The notes under the pieces: generated by a model
What the model was told of the DNA's origin: nothing
The model's input: the letters and a program-made list of their open reading frames with translations, nothing else
Database searches by the model: none
Source of the DNA: an uncultured bacterium
GTDB taxonomy: Bacteria > Verrucomicrobiota > Verrucomicrobiia > Verrucomicrobiales > DEV007
DNA: 64,000 nucleotides
NCBI GenBank assembly: GCA_963977015.1
Contig: CAXBMO010000001.1
Coordinates: 64,001 to 128,000 of the forward strand
Reading direction: 5' to 3'
Part shown: one piece after another, positions 1 through 10,572 of the stretch
Layout of the letters: the number at the start of each line of letters is the position of its first letter
How positions within the stretch are numbered: the stretch's first letter is position 1
Translations under genes and position numbers: made by a program

Positions 1-322
1 GCTCGTGGGAAAGTCGACCCACAGTCTTGACCAGGCTCGCGCCGCCTCGCGGGAAACCGGCGTCGACTACATTGGTTTCGGTCCCATTTTCGCGACGCCG
101 ACCAAGCCGGATTACGTTCCCATCGGAAAAGCGGAGATCGACCAGGTTCACAGGGACGTTGAGTTGCCGATTTTCTGCATTGGGGGAATCAAACGAGAAA
201 ATGCCCCCGAAATCTTGCAAGCCGGAGCAAAACGCCTAGTGATCGTTTCCGGCATCCTACAAGCCGCGAACATCCCGGAATACGTTCGAGATGTTCAAAC
301 TCTCCTTCAATCCAATCGTTAA
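1..322 (+). CDS. thiE: Thiamine-phosphate synthase, 3' part (truncated by window start)
   Basis: GKSTHSL..A, DYIGFGPIFATPTK and PIFCIGGI motifs of ThiE. Confidence 0.9.
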   Translation, partial: LVGKSTHSLDQARAASRETGVDYIGFGPIFATPTKPDYVPIGKAEIDQVHRDVELPIFCIGGIKRENAPEILQAGAKRLVIVSGILQAANIPEYVRDVQTLLQSNR

Positions 323-339
323 CTTCGTTCTCACATCTC

Positions 340-1263
340 ATGTCTGTTTTAGTCGCTGGTTCCGTCGGAATCGACCACATCAAAACTCCACACGACGAAG
401 CCCCCAATCTCCTCGGGGGTTCCGCTTCCTACGCCGCCACCAGTGCCAGCTTTTCGAGTCCGGTGCATTTGGTCAGCATTGTGGGACAGGATTTTCCAGA
501 CGAACATGTCGCGTTCTTCAAGTCGCGGAACATCAGCGTCGACGGAGTTGAGTTTGCCCAGGGAAAAACCTTTCGATGGACCGGCGAATACTCCGAGGAT
601 TGGAATGACCGGGAAACCCTGGAAGTCGATCTCAACGTTCTTGAGCATTACAATCCGCAATTGACGGAAGAATATCGCGATTCACGGATCATCCTGTTGG
701 CCAACGCGGGGCCGGATACGCAGCTGAAAGTGCTGGAGCAGGCAAATGCGCCGGTCTTCTCCATCGCCGATACCATGGATCTCTGGATCACGGTGATGCG
801 CGAGCAACTCAACGAGCTGCTTGGCAAGATCGACATGCTGGTTCTCAACGACAGCGAGGCCAAACAGCTGACGGAAACCAGCAATCTGGTGCTTGCGGGC
901 GAGAAGATGCTCGAAATGGGGCCCAAGTTTGTGATTCTCAAAAAGGGCGAGCATGGCGCGTTGCTCTTCAGCCAAACGGGCGATTTTTTCACGATCGGCG
1001 CGTATCCGTTGAAGAATGTTCACGATCCGACCGGCGCGGGCGATACTTTTGTTGGCGGCATTGCGGGACACCTCGCCTCAACCGGCAAAGATGAGATCGG
1101 TTTTGATGATTTGGCGGAAGGCATTCTCCATGGAACGATCATGGCGAGCTACACCTGCGAGCAGTTTGGACTTCGCAGCCTTGAGGCGATTACGGAGGAG
1201 CAGTTGAACGCGCGGAAGGACGAATTTCGCCGCTATTGCCGCATTGCTCACCCGGGCGGCTAG
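340..1263 (+). CDS. PfkB-family carbohydrate/nucleoside kinase
   Basis: N-terminal GGSASYAA and C-terminal DPTGAGDTF PfkB signature. Confidence 0.9.
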   Translation: MSVLVAGSVGIDHIKTPHDEAPNLLGGSASYAATSASFSSPVHLVSIVGQDFPDEHVAFFKSRNISVDGVEFAQGKTFRWTGEYSEDWNDRETLEVDLNVLEHYNPQLTEEYRDSRIILLANAGPDTQLKVLEQANAPVFSIADTMDLWITVMREQLNELLGKIDMLVLNDSEAKQLTETSNLVLAGEKMLEMGPKFVILKKGEHGALLFSQTGDFFTIGAYPLKNVHDPTGAGDTFVGGIAGHLASTGKDEIGFDDLAEGILHGTIMASYTCEQFGLRSLEAITEEQLNARKDEFRRYCRIAHPGG

Positions 1264-2358
1264 TTATTTTACGAAGGGTTTTTTCACCACTTCTGCCCCG
1301 TAGCGTTTGCCGCGAACTTCGAGCTCGACCTGAGTTCCGATTTTGGCGTGTTCCGCTGGAACGTAGCCCATTCCGATCCCGGCACCGAGGCTGGGTGAGA
1401 GCGTTCCGCTGGAAAGGGAACCGACGTTTTCCTCGCCGACAAAAATTCCATACCCGGGGCGCGGTGGTGGACCTTTCGCTGTCGACTTGATCGCCACCAA
1501 ACGGCGATCCGGTCCCTTGGCTTTTTGGCGAACCAGAACGTCTCGACCCAGGAAATCGCCCTTGTCGAGATCGACGAAAAATCCAAGCCCGGCTTCGATG
1601 GGGGAATGCTCGGGTGAAAGATCGTTTCCATTAAGCGGATAGCACTTCTCTAGCCGAAGCGAGTCGCGCGCGCCGAGACCGCAGGGGTTCGCGCCAGCTT
1701 CCAGTGCGCGTTCCCACCACGCGATGGCGGTTTTGGGGGAGCAGAACAGTTCGAAGCCGTCTTCACCCGTGTATCCCGTCCGGCAAACCACGATTTCATT
1801 GCCTTCGGTCGTCTCGATTTTCGTGATTCCGAATCGTTTGGGGAGATCGAACGTGCCCGAAACCATCTTCTTGAATGCGGCTGAGGATTGGGGACCTTGA
1901 ATCGCCATTCCGGCAAAACTGCGACTTTCGTCAACCAACTCGATTCGGCGATCGCGATCCAGGTGATCGTAGAGCCACTCATGATCCTCGGCTGTTCGCG
2001 ATGCGTTCACGACCAGGAAAAACTCATCTTCACCCGTTCGATAAATGATGAGATCGTCGATCACTCCTCCCTTCTCATTGAGCATAAGGGTGTATTGCCC
2101 GTCGCCGATTTTCAGCTTGGAAACGTCGTTGGTCAGCAGGCCGTTGAGCCAATCGACAATGCGATTTCCGTCGCCTGAAATCGTGATTTGTCCCATGTGA
2201 GAAATATCGAAGATGCCGAGTTTCTCGCGCACCGCCTTGTGCTCGGCCAGAATTCCCTCGTACTGGATCGGCATCAGCCACCCTGCGAACGGAACCATTC
2301 GGGCGCCCAATTCCTGGTGAACGGGTTCGAGGGGAGAGTGTTTCACATCGCTTTCCAT
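1264..2358 (-). CDS. gcvT: Glycine cleavage system aminomethyltransferase T
   Basis: [29 protein letters not shown] and [11 protein letters not shown] motifs. Confidence 0.95.
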   Translation of the reverse strand: MESDVKHSPLEPVHQELGARMVPFAGWLMPIQYEGILAEHKAVREKLGIFDISHMGQITISGDGNRIVDWLNGLLTNDVSKLKIGDGQYTLMLNEKGGVIDDLIIYRTGEDEFFLVVNASRTAEDHEWLYDHLDRDRRIELVDESRSFAGMAIQGPQSSAAFKKMVSGTFDLPKRFGITKIETTEGNEIVVCRTGYTGEDGFELFCSPKTAIAWWERALEAGANPCGLGARDSLRLEKCYPLNGNDLSPEHSPIEAGLGFFVDLDKGDFLGRDVLVRQKAKGPDRRLVAIKSTAKGPPPRPGYGIFVGEENVGSLSSGTLSPSLGAGIGMGYVPAEHAKIGTQVELEVRGKRYGAEVVKKPFVK

Positions 2359-2476
2359 GGTGGTGAGCTACGGGAAACCGGCGCAAGAGAGGACGCAACG
2401 CCAATTTTGTGCCTCAAGGGCAAGTTTCCGGCTTGCTCCGGTGCCGACTTCCTGCCAGTGGTAGCCAGCTTCACTC

Positions 2477-3565
2477 ATGGCACGATCTCTCCCTCGCATA
2501 GGCCTTGTCCGCCGCAGTCACTCCGGAACTGGAGGAGACGAGCGCTACTTGGCGCGTTTCGCGGTGACCCTCAAAAATCGTGGATACGAAACCGTCCTCT
2601 TCACCAGTGAGGCATGGCCTGAGGACAAGCATTTCGAGAAGATCATCCGGTTGCCGGATCGCGGGCCGATCGCGTTTGCCAATGCGCTCGCCAAGGCGGA
2701 TCACCGCGCCTATTGCGACATCCTGTTCAGTTTCGAGCGCGTTTGGGAGTGCGATTTTTATCGGGCGGGCGATGGCGTTCACCAGGCGTGGTTGGATCGA
2801 GTTCACGCCCATGACGGTCCTTATCGCCCTTCGACGAGAGGATCGGGTTCGAAGAACGCCCAGTTGGTCAAATTGGAGAACGAGCTGTTCCGGCCCGATT
2901 CCAAATCCGTCATCATCACGAGTTCCGAATTCGTGAGGCACGAGATTTTGCAGTACTACGGCAAAGCTTCCGACCAGGTCCACATCATCTACAACGGCTA
3001 CAAACCGCCCGCGAAGAAAGGCGATCCCCGTTCGGAAATTCGCAAAAAACTGGGTTTGGATGAGATGGCGATGATGGCGTTGTTTTCCGGCTCGGGATGG
3101 GAACGAAAAGGGCTCGCCTACGCGATCAAAGCCGCTGCATTGCTGCAACATGAGGGGGTTCGGCTGTTCGTGACCGGAAAAGGCAAGCATCGTGGAATGC
3201 CTCGTGGCCCCGTGACGTATCTCGACCAGGTCGATGAAATTTCCCAGTATTACGATGCGGCGGATTTGTTCATTTTGCCGACGCTTTACGATCCGTTTTC
3301 CAACGCGTGTTTGGAAGCGGCGTGCCACGGGCTCCCGGTCATCACAACGACTGCCAACGGGTTTGCCGAGCTCATGGTTCCGTCGCAACACGGCGAAGTT
3401 GTCGAAAATCCGGCCGATGTGGAAAAACTGGGCGAAGCGATGATCAACTGGCTGGGCCCGGAAAAACGCAGCAAAAGCCGGGACGAAATCCGCACGTGGG
3501 CGAGGGGATTCAGCATCAAGGAGAACGTCGACAAGACTCTGGATGTGATTCTGGCCGGAACGTAA
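2477..3565 (+). CDS. Glycosyltransferase family 4 (WaaG/RfaG-like)
   Basis: GGDERY N-terminus, RKG motif, ILPTLYDPFSNACLEAACHGLPVITT. Confidence 0.88.
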   Translation: MARSLPRIGLVRRSHSGTGGDERYLARFAVTLKNRGYETVLFTSEAWPEDKHFEKIIRLPDRGPIAFANALAKADHRAYCDILFSFERVWECDFYRAGDGVHQAWLDRVHAHDGPYRPSTRGSGSKNAQLVKLENELFRPDSKSVIITSSEFVRHEILQYYGKASDQVHIIYNGYKPPAKKGDPRSEIRKKLGLDEMAMMALFSGSGWERKGLAYAIKAAALLQHEGVRLFVTGKGKHRGMPRGPVTYLDQVDEISQYYDAADLFILPTLYDPFSNACLEAACHGLPVITTTANGFAELMVPSQHGEVVENPADVEKLGEAMINWLGPEKRSKSRDEIRTWARGFSIKENVDKTLDVILAGT

Positions 3566-3570
3566 CAGGC

Positions 3571-4290
3571 CTACGGTTTCGCGAAGAGATAAAAGCCGAA
3601 GCCCATCGTTGAGCGTCCCCAACGGAGGTAACCCTCGCTCCATCGGCGGATGCGCTCCAGTTCCCGACCGGTTTTTGAATCTTTGGGATGAAGGGTGATT
3701 TCGGCTTCGACCGCACGACGGTGTTCCCACTCAAAGTCGTCCCATTCATCATCGCTGCTGACGGAGGCGTGAAGCGGTTTCAAGCCGGATTTCTCGCCGT
3801 AGGCCACGTTTTCTGCGTGAGTTCGGTAAATCCCGACCGGTTCACCCAGCAATTCGAGGTATTCAGCTGCGGGAGGTTGCTTCCAGTAGCCTTCGCCAAT
3901 CAGAAGTTGCCCGCCGGGGGCGACGAGGGCTGTGAGCGCGCGAATCGTCTCGGGAAACGCTTCTTCTCCGGGAGCAAACGCGTGAGTCGCGCCGAGGCAG
4001 ATCGCAAGATCGAAGCTTTCGGCATCAAGCTGGGTTTTGGTCAGGTCAGCGTTCAAAAACTCGCAGCGGTTGGAAGAGCCAAGCCGCTTCCCGGCCGTTT
4101 CCCGGGCGTAAGTGAGCGAGTCGTCATCAACATCGACTCCCAAGCCCGAAGCTCCCGTTGCTTCGATGGTCCGAACCAGGAATTCGCCCTGGCCGCATCC
4201 GGCGTCCAAGACACGGCTGGAAGCATTCGCGGTGAAGAGTCGAATCAGACGGTCGGCTTTTTCGGAACTGATGGGATTGTTGAAAACCAT
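3571..4290 (-). CDS. Class I SAM-dependent methyltransferase
   Basis: VLDAGCGQGE motif I; FDLAICLGATH. Confidence 0.88.
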   Translation of the reverse strand: MVFNNPISSEKADRLIRLFTANASSRVLDAGCGQGEFLVRTIEATGASGLGVDVDDDSLTYARETAGKRLGSSNRCEFLNADLTKTQLDAESFDLAICLGATHAFAPGEEAFPETIRALTALVAPGGQLLIGEGYWKQPPAAEYLELLGEPVGIYRTHAENVAYGEKSGLKPLHASVSSDDEWDDFEWEHRRAVEAEITLHPKDSKTGRELERIRRWSEGYLRWGRSTMGFGFYLFAKP

Positions 4291-4467
4291 GATTCAAAGT
4301 CGCGACGTTGAGCTTACAGCCATCTTCAGGCCGGAAAACAGCAGAACCTTCTGAAATCAGCTGAATCCGCGATCTGAGATGCCGCGTCAGATTTTGAGCA
4401 TGATGAAACGGGTGAACGGCATTGAACCAGAGCCGACTTCGGCTTAATGCTTTCCGGCAAGCCCTGC

Positions 4468-6675
4468 ATGACTGACGACATTCAAAGCTCTTTGGTTTTT
4501 AATCCCAGCACTCCGATTCTGGTTTTCGGGATTCTTTTGATCGTCGCAGCTTCATTCCTCTGCATTTGGGCCTGGAAACGCAGCGGATGGGCGAGAGGGG
4601 TTGGATTTCTCGAAGGGCTGCGATTTCTGATCGTGCTGTTGGTGGTGCTGACGCTCTTTCAGCCGGAATGGCGCGAACTGACGCGTCCGGACTCCAAACC
4701 CACGATTGCGGTGCTTTGGGATCAATCGAGAAGCATGGAGACCGCCGACGTGATCGACCCCGAAGGCAACGGGCAGAAGCCGAAGAAGCGTTCCAGCGCG
4801 ATCGCGCCGCTCTTGGAGGAAAAAGCGTGGTGGCCGCTTGGAAACGGGGTTCGCACCGTGATTGAGCCCTTTTCATCAACGATGGATCCTGCCTGGGAGG
4901 GGACGGATTTGCACGGCGCGTTGAATCGCGTTTTGGCGCAGCATCCGCAACTGCGTGGCGTCGTGCTCTTTACCGATGGGGATTGGAATGCGGGAGAGCC
5001 ACCCGTTCGCGCGGCTACGAAGCTGAGAATGCGGAATGTGCCGGTGTTCGCAGTGCCGGTCGGAAGCGAGAGTCGATTACCGGATGTCGAGCTTGTCAGT
5101 CTGGATGCGCCGACTTTTGGGGTGGTTGGGAAGCCGCTTCGCATTCCCTTTGTGATCGAGAGTTCGATGCCGCGAGACTTCAATGCCGATCTGGAACTGA
5201 CAACCTCGACTGGCGAAACCGTCTCCAAAACAATCACGATTCCCGCGATGGGCAAAGTTCAGGACACGATTTCGTGGACTCCCGAGCAAACTGGCGATGT
5301 CGAACTTACCTTGATCGTTCCTCCTGGGCCCAACGAGTTTTTGGAGGAGAACAACCGGCGAGTTGCCCCTATTTCGATTCGCGAGGAGCAACTTCGCGTT
5401 CTGCTGATTGAGTCCTATCCGCGTTGGGAATATCGCTATTTACGCAATGCGCTGGAACGGGATCCCGGCGTTGAAGTCAGTTGTCTGCTGTTTCATCCGG
5501 ACATCGGCAAAACCGGTGGTGGCCGTAGCTATATCGATTCGTTTCCCAGCGACGAGGATTTGGTCAATTATGACGTGGTCTTTCTCGGTGACGTCGGTGT
5601 CGAAGCCAGCCAACTGAGCGAAGAACAGTGCAAACGCCTCGTTCAACTCGTTCGAAATCAGGCGAGCGGACTCGTTTTCCTGCCCGGCTTCCGAGGGCGT
5701 CAATTTTCGCTCCTGGATACGGAATTGAGTGATCTTTATCCGGTTGTTTTGGATGAAACGCAGCCGCGGGGATGGGGATCGCCAGTACCGGGCCAGTTTC
5801 AACTCACCGAGGTCGGAAATCGCAGCTTGTTGACCAAGCTGGAGGACAGCGATTCCGAGAACTACAAGGTCTGGGAGAATTTGCCGGGGTTTCAATGGTT
5901 TGCGCCGGCACTTCGGGCCAAGGCGGGGAGCGAGGTGTTGGCGACGCACAGTTCGGAGTCGACCGAGTTTGGCCGGATTCCGTTGATCGTGACGAAGACC
6001 TTTGGTGCCGGAAAAATCCTGTTCATGGGAACCGATGGAGCCTGGCGCTGGCGTGAAGGGGTTGAGGACAAGTATCACTATCGCTACTGGGGCCAGGTCG
6101 CGCGATGGATGGCCTATCAGCGTAACATGGCCCAGGGAGAGTTGATGCGATTGTTCTACAGCCCGGATCGACCTCGAACGAATGAAGTGCTCACGCTCAA
6201 TGCGAATGTCATCAGCCTGGGAGGCGACCCGCTTCAGGAGGCGAACGTGGTCGTCCAATTCATCAGTCCGAGTGGCAAGACCGGCAGTGTCAGGCTGTCT
6301 CCGGGAGGTGAAGACGCCTGGGGCTTGTTCAGTGGCCGGTTTACTCCGGTTGAGCCCGGCGAGTATCAAGTGATCATGACGTGCCGGGAAAATGGCGCGA
6401 CTCTTGAAACTTCCCTATCGGTTCAGGGCGGAAAACTGGAGAAACTGGGGCGACCGGCGAGAATCAGCGTTTTGGAGGAGATTGCGCAGGTGACTCGCGG
6501 AAAGTTGATGAAAACGCTCGATATGGCCGTGCTTCTCGAAACCGTTCAGTCATTGCCCGACCCGGAGCCAATTGAGCGTCGTTTTCGCCTCTGGTCGCAC
6601 TGGTTGTGGGGCATGCTGTTGGTGTCGATGATGGGGGCTTTTTGGATTGGCCGGAAGATGGTCGGCGTGATCTGA
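4468..6675 (+). CDS. Membrane protein with vWA domain and GATase-like domain (PVC-type)
   Basis: Two N-terminal TM helices, DQSRSM (DxSxS MIDAS), GT and TDG motifs, PRWEYRYLRNALERD, C-terminal TM; start may be 4447 or 4468. Confidence 0.75.
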   Translation: MTDDIQSSLVFNPSTPILVFGILLIVAASFLCIWAWKRSGWARGVGFLEGLRFLIVLLVVLTLFQPEWRELTRPDSKPTIAVLWDQSRSMETADVIDPEGNGQKPKKRSSAIAPLLEEKAWWPLGNGVRTVIEPFSSTMDPAWEGTDLHGALNRVLAQHPQLRGVVLFTDGDWNAGEPPVRAATKLRMRNVPVFAVPVGSESRLPDVELVSLDAPTFGVVGKPLRIPFVIESSMPRDFNADLELTTSTGETVSKTITIPAMGKVQDTISWTPEQTGDVELTLIVPPGPNEFLEENNRRVAPISIREEQLRVLLIESYPRWEYRYLRNALERDPGVEVSCLLFHPDIGKTGGGRSYIDSFPSDEDLVNYDVVFLGDVGVEASQLSEEQCKRLVQLVRNQASGLVFLPGFRGRQFSLLDTELSDLYPVVLDETQPRGWGSPVPGQFQLTEVGNRSLLTKLEDSDSENYKVWENLPGFQWFAPALRAKAGSEVLATHSSESTEFGRIPLIVTKTFGAGKILFMGTDGAWRWREGVEDKYHYRYWGQVARWMAYQRNMAQGELMRLFYSPDRPRTNEVLTLNANVISLGGDPLQEANVVVQFISPSGKTGSVRLSPGGEDAWGLFSGRFTPVEPGEYQVIMTCRENGATLETSLSVQGGKLEKLGRPARISVLEEIAQVTRGKLMKTLDMAVLLETVQSLPDPEPIERRFRLWSHWLWGMLLVSMMGAFWIGRKMVGVI

Positions 6676-6754
6676 GACCGGATTGTTGAAAAAAGTGTGG
6701 CGTTTTTCGGGGTTGCCGGGATAAACTATCCTAACTTCAACGCAGGAGGTAACG

Positions 6755-6961
6755 ATGAATCATTGGAGAAACTTTATTCAAGGGTTCCGGGCGCGCTCGC
6801 TCGAGAGTCACAAAGAAGAACGGGAGCGGCTGGAGCTCCAACTCGAGTTTCGTCCGAAAAAGCCCTCTTCCCGGACTCAGCCCGAACGAAAAGTGGCCGA
6901 GACTTTTGAACCTCCATCCATGAGCGGCGATCCCGACATTGATGATGTTCGATACCTTTAG
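6755..6961 (+). CDS. Small hypothetical protein (68 aa)
   Basis: AGGAGG ribosome-binding site 5 nt before ATG; fills an intergenic gap. Confidence 0.55.
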   Translation: MNHWRNFIQGFRARSLESHKEERERLELQLEFRPKKPSSRTQPERKVAETFEPPSMSGDPDIDDVRYL

Positions 6962-7863
6962 CTCTTAGGGCAGAGCGCTTCCGCGTCTGTGCGAACGGCG
7001 TCCAGAAAGGTTGGGTAAATGGGTTCCCAGCCAAAGTCGCGCAGCTTCTGATTGCTGATCTGTTTGTGCGTCCAGCCCCGTTTACGATTGTGATCCGGGG
7101 GACCTTCGGGAGGGCGGGGGAGGCCGAAATGCTCTGACAGCGCAATGTAGGTCGCCTTCTGCGACGTCGGATTGCCGTCGGAAACGTTGAAGATTTCACC
7201 GCGAGCGTCTTCTTCGTGGATCAGCAAGGTGGCGATTGCTCCCACGACGTCGTCGCGATGGATTTGATTCAGGAATCGGCTTGGCCCCGTTTCGATAATC
7301 GCCGTTTTATTGAGAAATTTCTTCAGGAGCACCGATCGGCCGGGTCCATAGAGACCGGCGAGACGAGCCACAATCCCGCCTTGTGAGATGACGAAGTTTT
7401 CGGCTTTTCGGAGGATTTTGCCGGTTTCGCGCTCGGGTTCGGCAGAACTCAGCTCGGTCACCACTTCCCCGGCGATTTGCGGATAGACGCTCGTGCTGGA
7501 GGTGAAAAGCAGGCAGGCTCCGGGGAAGCTGGTTGCCAGATTACGACATCCTTGGTGATAAACTTTATCGTAGGCGTCGAGTTTTCCGCGACCGGAGCTG
7601 GCGCAATGAACGATCTGGAGTTGAGAAGAATCGATTGGGAGGTTTTGAGCGAATTTCGCGACCTCGTCGGGAGAACTGATGTCGCAGGCATGAACGTCGA
7701 ACGTCACTTCGCGACGCAGCTCCTCAGCAGAAGTTTGCGAATGCGTAAGTCCGATCACCTTTCGTCCGGACTCGACCAGGTGCAGAGCCAAGGCGCGCCC
7801 CACATACCCGCATCCCGCAATGAGGACGGTTTTTGAGGAATTCTTTTCGAGGGGATCATCCAT
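6958..7863 (-). CDS. NAD-dependent epimerase/dehydratase (atypical SDR)
   Basis: IAGCGYVG Rossmann motif, TSSTSVY, RLAGLYGPGR, IHRDD; ATG at 7863 overlaps upstream gene end. Confidence 0.85.
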   Translation of the reverse strand: MDDPLEKNSSKTVLIAGCGYVGRALALHLVESGRKVIGLTHSQTSAEELRREVTFDVHACDISSPDEVAKFAQNLPIDSSQLQIVHCASSGRGKLDAYDKVYHQGCRNLATSFPGACLLFTSSTSVYPQIAGEVVTELSSAEPERETGKILRKAENFVISQGGIVARLAGLYGPGRSVLLKKFLNKTAIIETGPSRFLNQIHRDDVVGAIATLLIHEEDARGEIFNVSDGNPTSQKATYIALSEHFGLPRPPEGPPDHNRKRGWTHKQISNQKLRDFGWEPIYPTFLDAVRTDAEALCPKS

Positions 7864-9319
7864 TGGGGATTCGTTTCCGATGCTGGCGATAATACGCGGC
7901 AACGCCCTCGGAAGCTGCATCGGCATACTCCTGATAAATATTGATGCGCTCTTTGCCGTGAATCCAGCGAGTCCCGGCATACTCGCCTGCTTGAACCCGG
8001 TCATAGGTGAGCTTGTGATTCATGACGTGCGGCTCAAAAAAGACGATCGGACTCTCGTAAACACGAGTCGCGAGCAGGTTTCGAGACCAGACGAACGGGT
8101 TCGGGCTGACCCGTTTGGCGTTGTTCCGCAGATACACGTATGGAGGAAGTTCCGTCGTGTTTGCCATGACGTTGGCGACGGTCTGCGAGACCGCGAGTTC
8201 CTCCGGGTGCGTCCGCTGCAAAAGCCGGCGCAGCAATTCAAACCGTTGGTCGTCGTAGGCGATTTCACCGGCGCTGTAGCAACCGTTGATGAGGATGTGA
8301 AGATGGTTTTTATCGACAAAATCGGGATCGCTCGGGTCGCCCCAGCCTTCCGCATTGACGTGGAGACAGAGCGTCAAATCGGGTTTGAACTGATGGTTGA
8401 TGCGCTCGGCCCGGTATCGAATCTCATCGGTGCGGTAGAACAGAATTTCCGAGTATTTGCGCAGCGATTTGTTGGTCGCGGGATCGGCGTCGGGTGGATA
8501 GTTGCCCCATTCTCGCGCCAAGTCGACGTAGTCCTCGGGGCGCTTCGCATTGACCGGGCGGTTCTCCCGACGAACCAGCGCGACGCGGGCGCCCATTCGG
8601 GTGAGATTCTCCTCCAACAACTCGCCTACCCGCATCACAATCTCTCCTTCTTTTACCGGAAAGGTCGAATCGTCTGCGACTTCTTCCAGATTTTCAGGGG
8701 AGGTTTCCGGGGCCGCTTCGGCGGGCTCGGACTCAGTTTCCGCTTCAGAAACTTCCTCAATCTTGGGAGCAATTTTGAACCAACGTTCCTCCATTTGAGC
8801 CCAAAGTCCGCCGATATGCCCCGGATCGATCGCGATTCGCATCCCTTCGAGCGGTTTTTCGGGATCGCGAATCGGAGGCAATTCCGCTGCAGATCGCCAA
8901 TATTTGGGAATGACTTCCTTGGATTCTCCGGCGAAGCGGAGCTCAAAAACATCGTCGGGACGTTTGAAGTCTTTCACGATGCGGGCGTGATCTTCCAGAA
9001 TCTCGATGAAGTTCCCGGCTGATTTCTCGTTTTCGCAATAATTGGTCAGCAGTTCGCGCTCAAAGTCCTCCCGTGAAATGGTTTCCTGATAGGCTTCAAG
9101 TTGTGACCAGTCTGGAAATTCCGCTAATTTCGAAATCTTTTTTTCGTTATCGGCGAATAGGTTCGCCCCCAGCCCAACAAACGTGAGGAAAACCGACAAC
9201 CAGCTGACCCTGAGACTCGTTGTGCAACGCGAAAATGGCCACTTCTTGTTGAAGGTTGCTCTTGCTGATCCGGAAATTTGGGATTGGCTTGGAAAAATTA
9301 TTGTCACGCTTATCAACAC
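7856..9319 (-). CDS. N-acetylmuramoyl-L-alanine amidase-like secreted protein
   Basis: IAIDPGHIGG, KEGE, CLHVNA and FFEP motifs of Amidase_3; signal-like segment; start codon uncertain. Confidence 0.7.
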   Translation of the reverse strand: MLISVTIIFPSQSQISGSARATFNKKWPFSRCTTSLRVSWLSVFLTFVGLGANLFADNEKKISKLAEFPDWSQLEAYQETISREDFERELLTNYCENEKSAGNFIEILEDHARIVKDFKRPDDVFELRFAGESKEVIPKYWRSAAELPPIRDPEKPLEGMRIAIDPGHIGGLWAQMEERWFKIAPKIEEVSEAETESEPAEAAPETSPENLEEVADDSTFPVKEGEIVMRVGELLEENLTRMGARVALVRRENRPVNAKRPEDYVDLAREWGNYPPDADPATNKSLRKYSEILFYRTDEIRYRAERINHQFKPDLTLCLHVNAEGWGDPSDPDFVDKNHLHILINGCYSAGEIAYDDQRFELLRRLLQRTHPEELAVSQTVANVMANTTELPPYVYLRNNAKRVSPNPFVWSRNLLATRVYESPIVFFEPHVMNHKLTYDRVQAGEYAGTRWIHGKERINIYQEYADAASEGVAAYYRQHRKRIPNG

Positions 9320-9336
9320 ATTACCTTTACGCTTAC

Positions 9337-10131
9337 ATGCTGCGAATTCTATTTCTGGGTGACATCGTTGGCCAATGTGGCCGCAAAGCCGTCATGGCGA
9401 GGCTGCCCGATCTGAAACGAGAGCGCGAAATTGATTTCGCGATAGTGAATGGAGAAAACAGTGCTGGTGGAAGGGGGATTACGCCGAAAATCGCGATCGA
9501 CCTGTTGAGAGCTGGCGCTGCAGTCGTGACAACGGGAGATCATGTGTGGGATCAGCCGGATTTGATTCCTTATCTGCCGACAGAGCCAAGAGTTCTGCGA
9601 CCACTCAATTATCCGGAGGATACTCCAGGATTCGGATCGGTGGTTCTTGAGACCAAGAAAGGTAAGGTCGGGGTAATTAACGCGCAGGGGAGAACCTTTA
9701 TGCGACAGGAATTGGAGAATCCCTTCCTCATGATCGGGGCCGAGGTCGCGAGAATGCGGGAAGAAACGCCCATAATTTTTGTCGATTTTCACGCGGAAAC
9801 GACCAGCGAGAAACACGCAATGGGGCGACATCTGGACGGATCCGTTTCTGCCATGGTGGGAACGCATACCCATGTCCAGACCGCAGATGAACAGGTTTTT
9901 CCCGGAGGAACGGCGTTTCTTTGCGATGCCGGAATGTGTGGTTCGGCAGATTCGGTGATTGGTTCAACGCCTGAGTCGGTTCTGAAACGATTTGTGACCG
10001 CGATGCCGACGAAGTTCATCTTGGCCAAATCGAACATTCGGTTGCACGGAGCGATTATTGATGTCGATGAGACCACCGGAAAGGCGATTCAGATTGAACG
10101 CCTCGTTGAGGATTTTGTGCAGCCGGCGTAA
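9337..10131 (+). CDS. ymdB: YmdB-family metallophosphoesterase
   Basis: ILFLGDIVG, VNGENSAGG, TGDHVWD, VDFHAETTSEK, GTHTHVQTAD. Confidence 0.9.
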   Translation: MLRILFLGDIVGQCGRKAVMARLPDLKREREIDFAIVNGENSAGGRGITPKIAIDLLRAGAAVVTTGDHVWDQPDLIPYLPTEPRVLRPLNYPEDTPGFGSVVLETKKGKVGVINAQGRTFMRQELENPFLMIGAEVARMREETPIIFVDFHAETTSEKHAMGRHLDGSVSAMVGTHTHVQTADEQVFPGGTAFLCDAGMCGSADSVIGSTPESVLKRFVTAMPTKFILAKSNIRLHGAIIDVDETTGKAIQIERLVEDFVQPA

Positions 10132-10214
10132 GGAAAATTGGCCGAAAAGTCGCCATTGTCAGCGGCTTAATCGTAAGCCGCTGAGTTTGTCCAGAAAAAA
10201 CCCTACGGATCTTT

Positions 10215-10242
10215 TTGACAGATTTAGGCAACCGTATAATAT
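10215..10242 (+). promoter_or_regulatory. Candidate sigma-70 promoter for tRNA-Thr/tuf
   Basis: TTGACA at 10215 followed by TATAAT (14-nt spacer) or TAATAT (16-nt spacer). Confidence 0.5.
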
Positions 10243-10378
10243 GCCCTCCGCTCTGGAAGCTGTGTTTTCTGACCGAGTGACCGTTTCTCTAATCCGGAAC
10301 GAGATCTTTTAGGGAGCCAGTCGACAGGCTGACAGGGGTCGATGCACCTCATCCGTGTGGCCTCTGTTCTAAGCTAAG

Positions 10379-10450
<72 letters not shown>

Positions 10451-10572
10451 CCTGTTACATTACCAATTACAAATCCTACTGAATTAAACAACCATACCGG
10501 TCGCTTCGTTACCAACACTACCTAACGTCGACGCCCACTGAACTCTAGACTCTCTTACGAGACCCACGCAAA

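Noticed and set aside
2471-9022. Long antisense ORFs (2471-3730, 5440-6369, 7820-9022; similarly 19703-21037)
   Set aside because: They are shadows of well-supported genes on the opposite strand and carry no recognisable motifs.
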